A stretch of 64,000 bases of DNA from an uncultured Actinomycetota bacterium (GTDB lineage Bacteria; Actinomycetota; Humimicrobiia; Humimicrobiales; Humimicrobiaceae). Positions within the stretch are counted from its first letter, which is position 1. Each line of letters begins with the position of its first letter. Positions 50,425 to 59,918 of the stretch are shown here, piece after piece. Both the position numbers and the translations under genes were made by a program. The notes beneath the pieces are model-generated. The model was given only the letters and a program-made list of their open reading frames with translations, was not told where the DNA came from and did no database searches. Location of the stretch: assembly GCA_964616545.1 (NCBI GenBank), contig CAZTUA010000041.1, positions 3,577 through 67,576 of the forward strand, in the 5' to 3' direction.

Positions 50425-51066
50425 TTATTTTTTCTTTCTGCTAATATTTCTCCAATTAACAATTAGCATAATTAATCCATAAACACCGGACATAAATAAT
50501 ATTGCATCTTCATAACAATCATATGCTCCCATCGCTTTTGGTAATCCCAGCAGCCCCCACGGCAATAATGAAATCAAGGTTATTCTGTCAATAATTGGAA
50601 TAGCTGCCACAACCATGGTAACTGCCATAACCGTTGAGGGGCATGGGTTCATTGGCATGCATATAAAAGGAAAATATCTTCCCAGAAGAATTCCGAATAA
50701 TGGATATACGTAAACCAGGACCAGCCAGAAAAATGTCGCGTACCTCAGCCATTTTTGTTGCGGGAGCTTAAAGATAATCTTATTTCTAAAAATATCAATA
50801 ATAAATAATATTCCAATGAGAATAAAAAGTGGACCATAAAAATAATTTGAAACAGGATTTTTTGTATAGAACTCAAAAAATACAATTCCGTTTAAAAGAA
50901 AAGTCATAGACAAAAACACCTTAAATATGATGTTGATAATTCTACCCGGCTTTATAAATATATATAAAATCAGGAACAAAGATAAGACTATCCAGATATA
51001 ATGAAGAGTTTGAAATGTGCTATTAAACTCTCCTATCTGGTTCCAGAATAGCTCTTTCGTAATCAT
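50425..51066 (-). CDS. Polytopic membrane protein of unknown function
   Basis: Six predicted TM helices. No recognisable motif. Confidence 0.4.
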   Translation of the reverse strand: MITKELFWNQIGEFNSTFQTLHYIWIVLSLFLILYIFIKPGRIINIIFKVFLSMTFLLNGIVFFEFYTKNPVSNYFYGPLFILIGILFIIDIFRNKIIFKLPQQKWLRYATFFWLVLVYVYPLFGILLGRYFPFICMPMNPCPSTVMAVTMVVAAIPIIDRITLISLLPWGLLGLPKAMGAYDCYEDAILFMSGVYGLIMLIVNWRNISRKKK

Positions 51067-51207
51067 AATTAATATCCTCCATCTTTTATATTTTTATTTG
51101 CTATTTTATCCAACTAAACTTTGTTATACAATATACTAGGCTCTGCGGGGTAAAAACGTATGCAGGGGAGTTATAGATTTGTAAATATAATAATAATCTA
51201 ATGAGGG

Positions 51208-51594
51208 TTGATTTTTATGGAAGAGAAGGTATTCAGGCATGTTGCACTTGCGGTTAATGACTTATCAGAGATACAGAACTTTTATATTAACATTCTGGGT
51301 CTCAAAATAATAAAGAGATTCACATTATCAGAGGAGATATCCAGCCGTATTTTTAATATAAAAAAAGAAACCGAAGTAACAGTAGTCGGCAAAGACGATC
51401 TTTCAATGGAAATATTTTTAAGCAATAAAACCGGCTGCATGGACTACCAGCACGTATGCTTAAAAGTTGATAACAGAGAAAAGATGCTGCAAAAAGCAAG
51501 GAAAAATAATTATCACTGCATTGTTATAAAAAGAGATATTTCTGATATTGTTTTTGTAAAAGATGGCTCGGGTAACTTATTTGAAATAAAATAA
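51208..51594 (+). CDS. VOC (glyoxalase-like) family protein
   Basis: …FRHVALAVNDLSEIQNFY…LGLKI… N-terminus. Confidence 0.6.
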   Translation: MIFMEEKVFRHVALAVNDLSEIQNFYINILGLKIIKRFTLSEEISSRIFNIKKETEVTVVGKDDLSMEIFLSNKTGCMDYQHVCLKVDNREKMLQKARKNNYHCIVIKRDISDIVFVKDGSGNLFEIK

Positions 51595-51680
51595 GTTCTG
51601 GAAACAATAAACAATATAAAAAATCAGATATTATTGCTCTATAACTCCATGTAACAATAGACCTGTATCTTTTATGTAAA

Positions 51681-52439
51681 TTATAAACATAATTTTTTAT
51701 CAATTGTTCCATCGGGAAGCATGCAATCCGGATGTTCTTCGCCTCTTTCTTCCATCCTGTACCGGACACAGCTCTCCCAGTTTCCTTTGCAGTACAGTTC
51801 CACCCATTTTTTATCCAGCATGCCACTTTCATGGTACCTTTTCATAGGACAGGCATGATACCACTTACAGTCAGTTAGGAGCACCTTTAATTTACGGTAA
51901 TTTTTTGTCACTTTTCCCCTGATTGAATTATTATGCAGAATAGAAGCAGGATGCTGCAGGGGAAATACTTTTTTGCCATTCAGTAAAAAACCACTGGTGT
52001 AAACATTATTGAACTCTGATTTCACGGGTACCGGAATACTGTATCTACTAAATATATATTTAGTAGCATAATATCCCAGAGGTATCAGCACAGCAGGTTC
52101 TATTATTTCTATTTCCCTTTCCAGGTACCGGCTGCATATTTCTATCTCATCCTGTTTCGGCTTCCTGTAACCCGGCAACATGCATTTAATAAGATTCGTC
52201 ATATAAATCTCTTCTCTGCTAACACCTGCCTTCTCCAGCAGTTCATCCAGGACTTTTCCCGAGGGTCCTATGAACATTTTTCCATCTCTGTCTTCATTTT
52301 CTCCCGGAGCCTGGGCAATCAAAATTACCCTGGAATTTATATCACCTTCTCCGCAAAGAGCATTTATCCTGGTTTCAGATAACCTGCATTTTCTGCATTC
52401 TTTAATTTTATGATTTAGTTTTTCAATCTCCGTAATCAT
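51681..52439 (-). CDS. Family 4 uracil-DNA glycosylase (4Fe-4S UDG) with a ~60-aa Cys/His-rich C-terminal extension
   Basis: CRKCRL…GEGDINSRVILIAQAPGENEDRDGKMFIGPSGKVL…HPAS core. The extra C-terminus is CKWYHACPMKRYHESG…YCKGNWESC…HPDCMLPDGTIDKKLC. Confidence 0.75.
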   Translation of the reverse strand: MITEIEKLNHKIKECRKCRLSETRINALCGEGDINSRVILIAQAPGENEDRDGKMFIGPSGKVLDELLEKAGVSREEIYMTNLIKCMLPGYRKPKQDEIEICSRYLEREIEIIEPAVLIPLGYYATKYIFSRYSIPVPVKSEFNNVYTSGFLLNGKKVFPLQHPASILHNNSIRGKVTKNYRKLKVLLTDCKWYHACPMKRYHESGMLDKKWVELYCKGNWESCVRYRMEERGEEHPDCMLPDGTIDKKLCL

Positions 52440-52541
52440 TTCCTTTATTATTGCAGCAAAATTTTCCGGTTTAGCAAACTATGAATATTTTTTTAGCTTC
52501 TCAGGGAATCAAAATCCCAATATCTCCAGCCGTAAAAAAAT

Positions 52542-53234
52542 TTATCGGTAAAATTTCTCGAAAAATTTTTTTACTTCCGTTAAGTTATTAAATTTATTAA
52601 ACAGCAGCGCTTCTATCTCCTCCTGAGGTTTAATCATATCCGGAATCATAACAGGCAGCATTCCCGCCCTGCTGGCACCCATCACACCATTTTTCGAATC
52701 TTCCAGAACTATGCAGTTTTCCGGCCGGCAGCCCATTTTCCGTGATGTTTCCAGAAATATATCCGGGTCAGGTTTTCCATTTTCAATCTCATCTCCGCAT
52801 GTTATAACTTCAAAATACTTTTTAATACCCGCTGAATCCAGTAACAGCTCCGTTCTTCTCCTGACTGTCGAGGTGGCCAGAGCCGCTTTTAATTTTATTT
52901 CTTTAAGATATTTCAGCAGTTCAAAAAGACCCTCTTTTAAGGGCACTCCTTCCGATAATATATATTTTTCCTCCAGTTTTATTTTCTCGCTTCTCATCTC
53001 CGTATACGGGAACTTATCTCCGTAATATTTTCTATAAATCTCTTTTGTTTTTCTTCCGTCCAGGCCGATTGTCTTTCTAAATATTTCATCGGTTATCTTG
53101 TAGTTAAATTTTTCTGCAGCTTCCTTCCAGAATCTTTCGCCCAGCCTTTCAGTATCAAATAAAACTCCATCCATATCAGATATCACCAATTTGATTTCAA
53201 ATTCTCCTATTTTCATCTGCTCTCCATTACTCAT
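52542..53234 (-). CDS. HAD-superfamily hydrolase, subfamily IA (beta-phosphoglucomutase/phosphatase-like)
   Basis: Motif I LVISDMDGVLFDTE. Motif IV ED(S/A)xNG. Confidence 0.8.
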   Translation of the reverse strand: MSNGEQMKIGEFEIKLVISDMDGVLFDTERLGERFWKEAAEKFNYKITDEIFRKTIGLDGRKTKEIYRKYYGDKFPYTEMRSEKIKLEEKYILSEGVPLKEGLFELLKYLKEIKLKAALATSTVRRRTELLLDSAGIKKYFEVITCGDEIENGKPDPDIFLETSRKMGCRPENCIVLEDSKNGVMGASRAGMLPVMIPDMIKPQEEIEALLFNKFNNLTEVKKFFEKFYR

Positions 53235-53320
53235 TATTTTTACAATCCATACACCATATAATTTAATCGGCTCTCTTGCAAGAAGTAAAACAATAATTTT
53301 ATTGCCTGTCCGGCACTTTC

Positions 53321-54421
53321 CTATCTGCCAATTCCTTCAATGCAGCCTATTGCCTCTTTAAAATTCTTAATTTTAAAAAATTCACATTTTACCCTGTTTA
53401 TTTCCTCTATACCTTTAAAAATCCAGGCGAGATGTTTTCGGAATTCCTTTACCGCCCTATTTTCTCCTTTAAAATAAATTAAAAACTTAAGGTAAAGTTT
53501 TGAGAATTCTTTCTTCCAGTCCAGCTCCGGGTCAAACTCCGGATATCCTTTTTCATCATTAACATCGCATGAGCCGGAGATGGCCATTAATATATTCATC
53601 ATAAGCCAGAGCCTTCCCTTTGCCGCCCTGCCAATCATAATCCCGTCACAGCCCGTATAATCCAGTACCTCTGCAGCTTTTACCGGGGAATCAATATCAC
53701 CGCTTGCAATAATGGGTATACTGACCTTTTCCTTTACCTCTTTTATTAATTTATAGTCAACTTTTCCGGAAAATCCCTGCCTTACGGTTCTTCCGTGAAT
53801 CGATATGGCCGCTGCTCCCGATGACTCGGCGATCTTTGCAATATTCAGTACATTAATGCTGCTGCTGTCCCATCCGGTCCGCGTCTTTATCGTGACCGGT
53901 TTTTTTAAAGCCGGAGAAAGTTTCTTTATGATTTTTTCAATTTTATCCTCATCGCGGTGGAGGTAACCCCCGCTTTTTGATTTAAGCACCTTTGGGACGG
54001 GGCACCCCATGTTAATATCTATAATGTCCGCTCTTTCTTCCAGCCTTACTGCAGCTTCCGCTATTATCCCGGGGTCCGAGCCAAATAACTGCACAGTACA
54101 CGGCCTCTCGTAACCAGTAATATCAGCCAGCGCAAGACTCTTTTTATGATTATAGTGGATACCATAAGCAGTGATCATCTCTGTATATGTAAGGGCAGAA
54201 CCAAAAGATGCAGCAAAGATTCTATAAGTGTTATCGCTTATTCCTGCGAGAGGCGCAGAAACCACCGGATTTTTTATCTCTACATTTCCAATTTTAAATG
54301 AAGGGCCGCAATCCGGAGAGCCGCTGCCGGATATGTTTTTTACTCCGCAACCGGCAATGGTGAATTCAGTTACAAGTTTTTTAAGCTCGCATATAAGTTC
54401 TGGTAATTTGAGAGTTTTCAC
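53321..54421 (-). CDS. dus: tRNA-dihydrouridine synthase (Dus family). The N-terminal ~45 aa of the ORF may be 5' over-extension.
   Basis: …PLAGISDNTYRIFA…IDINMGCPVPKV…TIKTRTGWD… is a TIM-barrel Dus signature. Confidence 0.8.
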   Translation of the reverse strand: MKTLKLPELICELKKLVTEFTIAGCGVKNISGSGSPDCGPSFKIGNVEIKNPVVSAPLAGISDNTYRIFAASFGSALTYTEMITAYGIHYNHKKSLALADITGYERPCTVQLFGSDPGIIAEAAVRLEERADIIDINMGCPVPKVLKSKSGGYLHRDEDKIEKIIKKLSPALKKPVTIKTRTGWDSSSINVLNIAKIAESSGAAAISIHGRTVRQGFSGKVDYKLIKEVKEKVSIPIIASGDIDSPVKAAEVLDYTGCDGIMIGRAAKGRLWLMMNILMAISGSCDVNDEKGYPEFDPELDWKKEFSKLYLKFLIYFKGENRAVKEFRKHLAWIFKGIEEINRVKCEFFKIKNFKEAIGCIEGIGR

Positions 54422-54451
54422 ACCTTCGTTTTCGCAGTTCTTATTAAAACT

Positions 54452-55231
54452 TTACCTGTTTTTATCAAATAATATTTTTAATCCCTTAAGCGTTAAATCC
54501 GGGTCATAAATCTTTATCCATCTGCTTCTGTCAACCATCAGGAACGCAAGGCCTCCGGTGGCAATTACCAGAGGTTTGAAATCCTTATCATTTTTAACCT
54601 GTTCGTCTATTATCTTATCTATAATAAAATCCACCTGGCCCAGAAATCCGTATAGCACGCCGGAGCGTATGCCATCTCCTGTATTTTTTCCGATTACCGA
54701 ACCCGGCCAGTTCAAATCAACCTTGGATAATCTGGCAGCGCTACTGAAAAGCGCTTCTGCCGATATCTCTATACCCGGGGCTATTACTCCCCCTATATAT
54801 TCTCCTCCGGAAGATAATATATCAAATGTTGTTGCGGTTCCAAAATCCACCACAATCCCAGGGTATCCATGCAGCTCTGCTGCCGCTACTGAATTTGCAA
54901 TTCTGTCCGCTCCAATTTCTGCAGGATAATCATAGCTTACGGCAAGGCCGGTTTTTGTATCACTGTTTACAATAAACGGAGCCCCACCAAAATATTTACG
55001 GCTCATTCTTATAATCTCATCAAGTATTCCCGGAACAACACATGAAATTGCAACATCTTTTACATCTGCAGGGTTAAATTTAGAATTCCTTAAAAAATTA
55101 AAAACCGAAGAAGCCAGTTCGTCCTCGGTCTCATATTCCGGGGTAACCATTCTCCAGGAAGCAGCTATTTTATCTCCTTTAAAAAGCCCTATTATCGTCT
55201 GCGTGTTTCCGATATCTATTGCAAGAAGCAT
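54452..55231 (-). CDS. coaX: Type III pantothenate kinase
   Basis: MLLAIDIGNTQTIIGLF and the ASKHA-fold motifs (…GADRIAN…, …ATGGLA…). Confidence 0.85.
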   Translation of the reverse strand: MLLAIDIGNTQTIIGLFKGDKIAASWRMVTPEYETEDELASSVFNFLRNSKFNPADVKDVAISCVVPGILDEIIRMSRKYFGGAPFIVNSDTKTGLAVSYDYPAEIGADRIANSVAAAELHGYPGIVVDFGTATTFDILSSGGEYIGGVIAPGIEISAEALFSSAARLSKVDLNWPGSVIGKNTGDGIRSGVLYGFLGQVDFIIDKIIDEQVKNDKDFKPLVIATGGLAFLMVDRSRWIKIYDPDLTLKGLKILFDKNR

Positions 55232-55384
55232 ATTTACCTCTATCTGTAAATTTAAGTAACTAAATTGTGTTTGATTTTACATTAAATGCGGCCAAATAAA
55301 AAGATTTGAAGGAAACTTCAGGCCGGCTGTCATTTTATATATGTAAGGATTATCTTCTTAAAGATTATTTTAAACAGACCGGAC

Positions 55385-56359
55385 TTATTTTAAGAAACCT
55401 ATAAAGCCTTCATATATCATTATTATAGCGGGGCCGATAATAATAGCCAGGAGCGCAGGCACCAGGCAGATAATTAAAGGCAGGGCCAGTTTAACAGGTG
55501 CTTTTATCCCGGCTTCCTCGGCTCTAATGCTTCTTCTGTTTCTGATTTCTGAAGCCTGGATCTTTAAAATCTTTCCTATTGAAATTCCAAGAATTTCAGC
55601 CTGGATTACTGATGTAACGAAAGAATCGAGATCTGGCACGCTTGTCCTTTTAACCAGATTATGGAATGCTTCCCTCCTTGTAAGGCCTATATTCATTTCT
55701 TTTAGCATTTTATTAAATTCCTCGCCGAGGGGGCCCTTTATATTCCCCGCCACTCTGGTCAGGGCAGCATCAAAACCCATGCCGGCCTCAACAGTTATGG
55801 TTAACATGTCAAGAGCATTCGGAAGCATCCTTCTTATTTCCTCCTGCCTTTTTTCAATCTTACTGCGTAAAAATACATCGGGTAAAAGATAGAAAAGAGG
55901 TATCAATATGAGTAATGCAATAATCAGCAGAGGTGTAAGGTCCAGAAATACAAAAAGCAATATAAAAATTATTAAAAACAAAACTGCAGACAAAAATTTA
56001 ATCATAAGATAAACATTAACGCTTAGCTTTTCCAGGATTCCAGCCAGTTCAAGTTTTTGCCTTGTGGATTCTACAACACCCCTGGGGCTGAGTTTCCTTA
56101 TAAATGAAGCAGCTTTATTAAGAAGAGGCATGATAACCCTCTCGGAAAAAGGAGGTATTTCAATTTCTTCTTCTTTCTCAGTACTGTAATATGCCAGTCT
56201 GCTCTTAACTGTACGCCGCCTGGTTTTTCTGGCTATTACAATCAAACCTATTGATAATACCAGCAGGAAGACAGATGCAAAAGATACTCCCATTATTATG
56301 TATATGGAATACGCTGAGTATATCGACTGTATCGAACTAATTATTGAATTTAATGACAT
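55385..56359 (-). CDS. tadC: Tad pilus platform protein TadC (T2SS-F family), cluster 2
   Basis: T2SSF domain …LPNALDMLTITVEAGMGFDAAL…FHNLVKRT…. 324 aa. Confidence 0.7.
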   Translation of the reverse strand: MSLNSIISSIQSIYSAYSIYIIMGVSFASVFLLVLSIGLIVIARKTRRRTVKSRLAYYSTEKEEEIEIPPFSERVIMPLLNKAASFIRKLSPRGVVESTRQKLELAGILEKLSVNVYLMIKFLSAVLFLIIFILLFVFLDLTPLLIIALLILIPLFYLLPDVFLRSKIEKRQEEIRRMLPNALDMLTITVEAGMGFDAALTRVAGNIKGPLGEEFNKMLKEMNIGLTRREAFHNLVKRTSVPDLDSFVTSVIQAEILGISIGKILKIQASEIRNRRSIRAEEAGIKAPVKLALPLIICLVPALLAIIIGPAIIMIYEGFIGFLK

Positions 56360-56385
56360 CCCGTATAATCACCGTCCTGTATATA

Positions 56386-58386
56386 TTAATACTTTATCTG
56401 AATAATTTTTATAATCCAGACTATACCTGTAACCATCAACACTCCTGATATAAGCATCATTATCATTCCCGGCAGTGTCGTATATAGCAAACTAATATAC
56501 TCTCTGCTTATAAAAAACATCAGCATTGCAATTACAAAAGGCAGGGCGATAAGTATAAGTGCCGATAGTCTTCCTTCCGATGTAAGAGCGTTGATACGGT
56601 TCATCACCCTGTCTCTTTCTCTTATGGTATTTGATATGGTTTCCATCAATTCTGCAAGATTCCCCCCGACCTCTCTCTGGACATTTACAGCCGTAACTGT
56701 CCATTCAAAATATTCACTTTTAATTCTTTCAGAGGTATTTTCCAGCGCTTCGCTTTCAGGTATGCCCATCCTTATCTCATTTAAAATCCTTCTGAATTCC
56801 TAGGAAATAGGAGGCTTTGACTCTTCCACCACCATGCTCATAGCCTGACTAAAGCTGTATCCTGCCTTTAGCGAACCGCTTATCAGCTGAAGCGCATCAG
56901 GAAGCTGCGCGTGAAAATTTTTCAGCCTTTTTGCTGTTTTAATATTTAAAAATAAAAAAGGACTTATTACCGCTATAAGTATAACCAGAATAGTTAAAAT
57001 GATGTTTCTGCCAAAATAGTGAACAAGTAAAGTAATAATTAATGCTCCTGTTACATGAAGGGTTATAAACTCTGAAGCTCTTATTTTCATGCCTGCTCTA
57101 TCCAGTTTTAAGTCAAAGAATTCAATAAAGCCCCTTCTTGAGGCAATCCTGGATACCACACTTATTATCCAGCCTGTAAAACCTTTTCTTTCCTCTTCAC
57201 TTTCACCCTCTTCTTCCCCGGTTCCCCCACCTTCGGTTTTAAATCCATATGATTTTGCTTTTTCCTTAAGAGTTTTCCTGCGGGCCGGCATAAAAAGGAC
57301 AAACGAGTAAAGAAGAAGTGTGACTGACACAAAAATAAGTGCCAGCAGGGCCGGTCTTGCCCAGGGTGTATCAAATAGGGTAATGAAAAAATAATTTCCT
57401 GGATCAATTGCAAGGGTTCTCGGTGCGGGTGAATAGTAGGGATTCTCATAAGTTACCGCAGTTGAGCCTGAAAGTTCCATTTTTTTTACATTTACGCTTA
57501 TCTCTATATCTTCAGCAGCCGGCCAGAGACTTGTATAGGATATCCTGTACTGGCCTATTATCCTTTTAGAAATACTTTTATAAAGCCCCTGCAGTTCTTT
57601 AGAATCCACGGTCGAAAGTATCTCACCGCCGGTGCTTTCCGAAATATCCTCTATGGCCTCCGGGTCAAACTCCGGTGTGATAAGAGCTATAGAATATATG
57701 CTTATTTTTTCCTGAAGAGCTTTTTTTATTACCTCATCCCTGGTGTGCCTGCTTGCAGTATCCCCCCCGTCAGATAATACTATCAGATATTTATGTTTTA
57801 TATCGCCGGCACTCCTGAATAATTCAGAGGCTGCATAAATCCCATCAAATAAAGAGGTCTCCCCGTGCACCTCTATTTCAGATATTGAATCCCGCAATTG
57901 TTCGCGGTCCGTTGTAAAATCCGAGTGGACAGTTACATTATCCGCAAAGCTTACCACTGCAACTTTATCCATGCTTCTCATTTCACTTAAGAAAAAGGAG
58001 GCGGAATTCAGTGCATCCGCTATAGGCTCTCCCCTCATGCTCCCGCTTGCATCCAGCACCAGAACCACTCCAATAGGGTCGGGTATTTCATCCATCCCCT
58101 TAACAGAAAGATTGGTTACAGTTTCGCCATTTTCAAGTACAAGAAAATCTTCTTCACCTAAATCCAGGTATTCCAGCTCTGAATCTTCCTTAAAATTAAT
58201 GTAAATTTCTATCCCGGGGTAACTATCAAAATCAATTTTATTTATAATGATGTCATCTGCTTCCTGGGCATGGACAGAAAACGGGAAAATAAAAAGTACA
58301 GGGCAAACGATAAGCAGAATTGCAATACTTAAAAGTAAATATCTTAGTTTTCTTATTATATTTATTAATTTAAAGGATTCACACAT
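56386..58386 (-). pseudogene. tadB: vWA-domain::TadB (T2SS-F) fusion gene interrupted by a single in-frame TAG at 56800-56802. This is a candidate pseudogene, sequencing error or read-through site.
   Basis: The upstream ORF (56800-58386) has a signal peptide, vWA MIDAS motif VLVLDASGSM, a TM segment and a T2SSF N-half ending …LKAGYSFSQAMSMVVEESKPPIS*. The downstream ORF (56386-56769) is in the same frame (gap 30 nt = 10 codons, EFRRILNEIR) and supplies the T2SSF C-half …GGNLAELMETISNTIRERDRVMNRINALTSEGRLSA…. Confidence 0.6.
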
Positions 58387-58513
58387 TTTTTCAGGTAATA
58401 TTTACAATAAATAATTTTATGGTTCTTGCTGCCCTTTATGCATTTTTATTTAAAATGTTTCTATATCTATTTTTAATCTGCAGCTTTTATTGCTATTTTA
58501 ATTATCTTTTAAA

Positions 58514-59866
58514 CTAGAGCTCCTTTTCAAATATTCCGTCTGGAAAATCAATTCCCATATTCTGAAGCCTGGGCACAAATTGAGGCCTGAGCCCTGTTGA
58601 CTTAATTCTTCCCTTGAATTTACCTTCTTCGTTAACTCCCATATAATCAAACAGGAATAAATCCTGTAACGTAATTACATCGCCTTCCATTCCCTGGACT
58701 TCTGATACCTTCGTGAATCTTCTCGTTCCGTCTTTCAGGCGGCTCATGTGGACTATAAGGTTGACTGCCGATGTAATCTGCTCTCTTATTGCTTTAACCG
58801 GAATATCCACTCCTGCCATCAGTACCATAGTTTCCAGCCGTGACAGGACATCGCGCGGCGAGTTTGCGTGGACTGTGCTGAGGCTCCCATCATGGCCCGT
58901 ATTCATTGCCTGAAGCATATCAAGAGCTTCACCGCCTCTGACTTCTCCCACAATTATACGGTCGGGTCTCATACGAAGGGCATTTCTAACAAGGTCCCTT
59001 ATTGTTACTTCTCCCTTTCCTTCAATATTGGGAGGTCTTGATTCCAGACGTATAACATGTTCCTGGTTCAGCTTGAGCTCCGCCGCATCTTCAATGGTTA
59101 TGATTCTTTCATCATTTGGGATAAAAGATGATAATACATTCAATGTTGTAGTTTTACCGGTACCTGTCCCGCCGGAACAGATTATATTCAGCTTACCCAT
59201 GATGCAGGCTTCCAGAAAATCAGCCACTTTCTTTGTGCATGTGCCCATGCCCACAAGGTCTTCTATGGTAAACGGGTCAGCAGAAAATTTCCTTATTGTC
59301 AGTACCGGACCATTTAAAACAAGAGGATGGATAATAACATTTACCCTTGAACCATCAGGAAGTCTTGCGTCAACATAAGGAGAGGATTCGTCCACCCTTC
59401 TTCCGACCTTGCTTACGATTTTATTTACAATCTGCATTAAATGAGATTCATCCAGGAATGTCTTATTTGTACGATAAATCTTACCGGACTTTTCCACATA
59501 TATTCTTTTTGGGTTATTAACCATTACCTCGGTTACTTCTTTATCCCTTAAAAATTCCTCTATGGGTCCGTAACCTATAACATCGTTTATAAAATCCTCT
59601 ATTACAATGCTTTTCTCTATGCCGGTCAGAGGATAATTCTTCTCTGTTATTATTCTCTGAACCTCTCCTCTTACCCTGAGACTTAACTCTGCATCACTGA
59701 CATTTTTCCTGTATATAAAATCTGAAAGCCTATTTATTAATTCCTGGTGTATCTCTTTTTTTATTTTGTTTATCTGGGCAGAACGCGCAGTCCTGGGTTC
59801 GTCATCCCTCAGAGGGGGGCTGCCTGACAGGCCGTTCATTTTTTTAAGTTTTTCCTCCAGATCCAT
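58514..59866 (-). CDS. cpaF: Tad secretion ATPase CpaF/TadA, cluster 2
   Basis: Walker A GGTGTGKTTTLN. 450 aa. Ends in a TAG stop. Confidence 0.9.
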   Translation of the reverse strand: MDLEEKLKKMNGLSGSPPLRDDEPRTARSAQINKIKKEIHQELINRLSDFIYRKNVSDAELSLRVRGEVQRIITEKNYPLTGIEKSIVIEDFINDVIGYGPIEEFLRDKEVTEVMVNNPKRIYVEKSGKIYRTNKTFLDESHLMQIVNKIVSKVGRRVDESSPYVDARLPDGSRVNVIIHPLVLNGPVLTIRKFSADPFTIEDLVGMGTCTKKVADFLEACIMGKLNIICSGGTGTGKTTTLNVLSSFIPNDERIITIEDAAELKLNQEHVIRLESRPPNIEGKGEVTIRDLVRNALRMRPDRIIVGEVRGGEALDMLQAMNTGHDGSLSTVHANSPRDVLSRLETMVLMAGVDIPVKAIREQITSAVNLIVHMSRLKDGTRRFTKVSEVQGMEGDVITLQDLFLFDYMGVNEEGKFKGRIKSTGLRPQFVPRLQNMGIDFPDGIFEKEL

Positions 59867-59918
59867 TTATGGTCACTATCCTTTTATTTATATACCGGCT
59901 AATAAATGACATTTTACT

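Noticed and set aside
56800-56802. Possibility that TAG is globally reassigned (alternative genetic code or pyrrolysine), explaining the in-frame amber in vWA-tadB
   Set aside because: TAG terminates other well-supported genes in the window (tadC at 37668, cpaF at 58514). No pyl genes or other in-frame TAGs were seen. A local nonsense mutation or error is more parsimonious.
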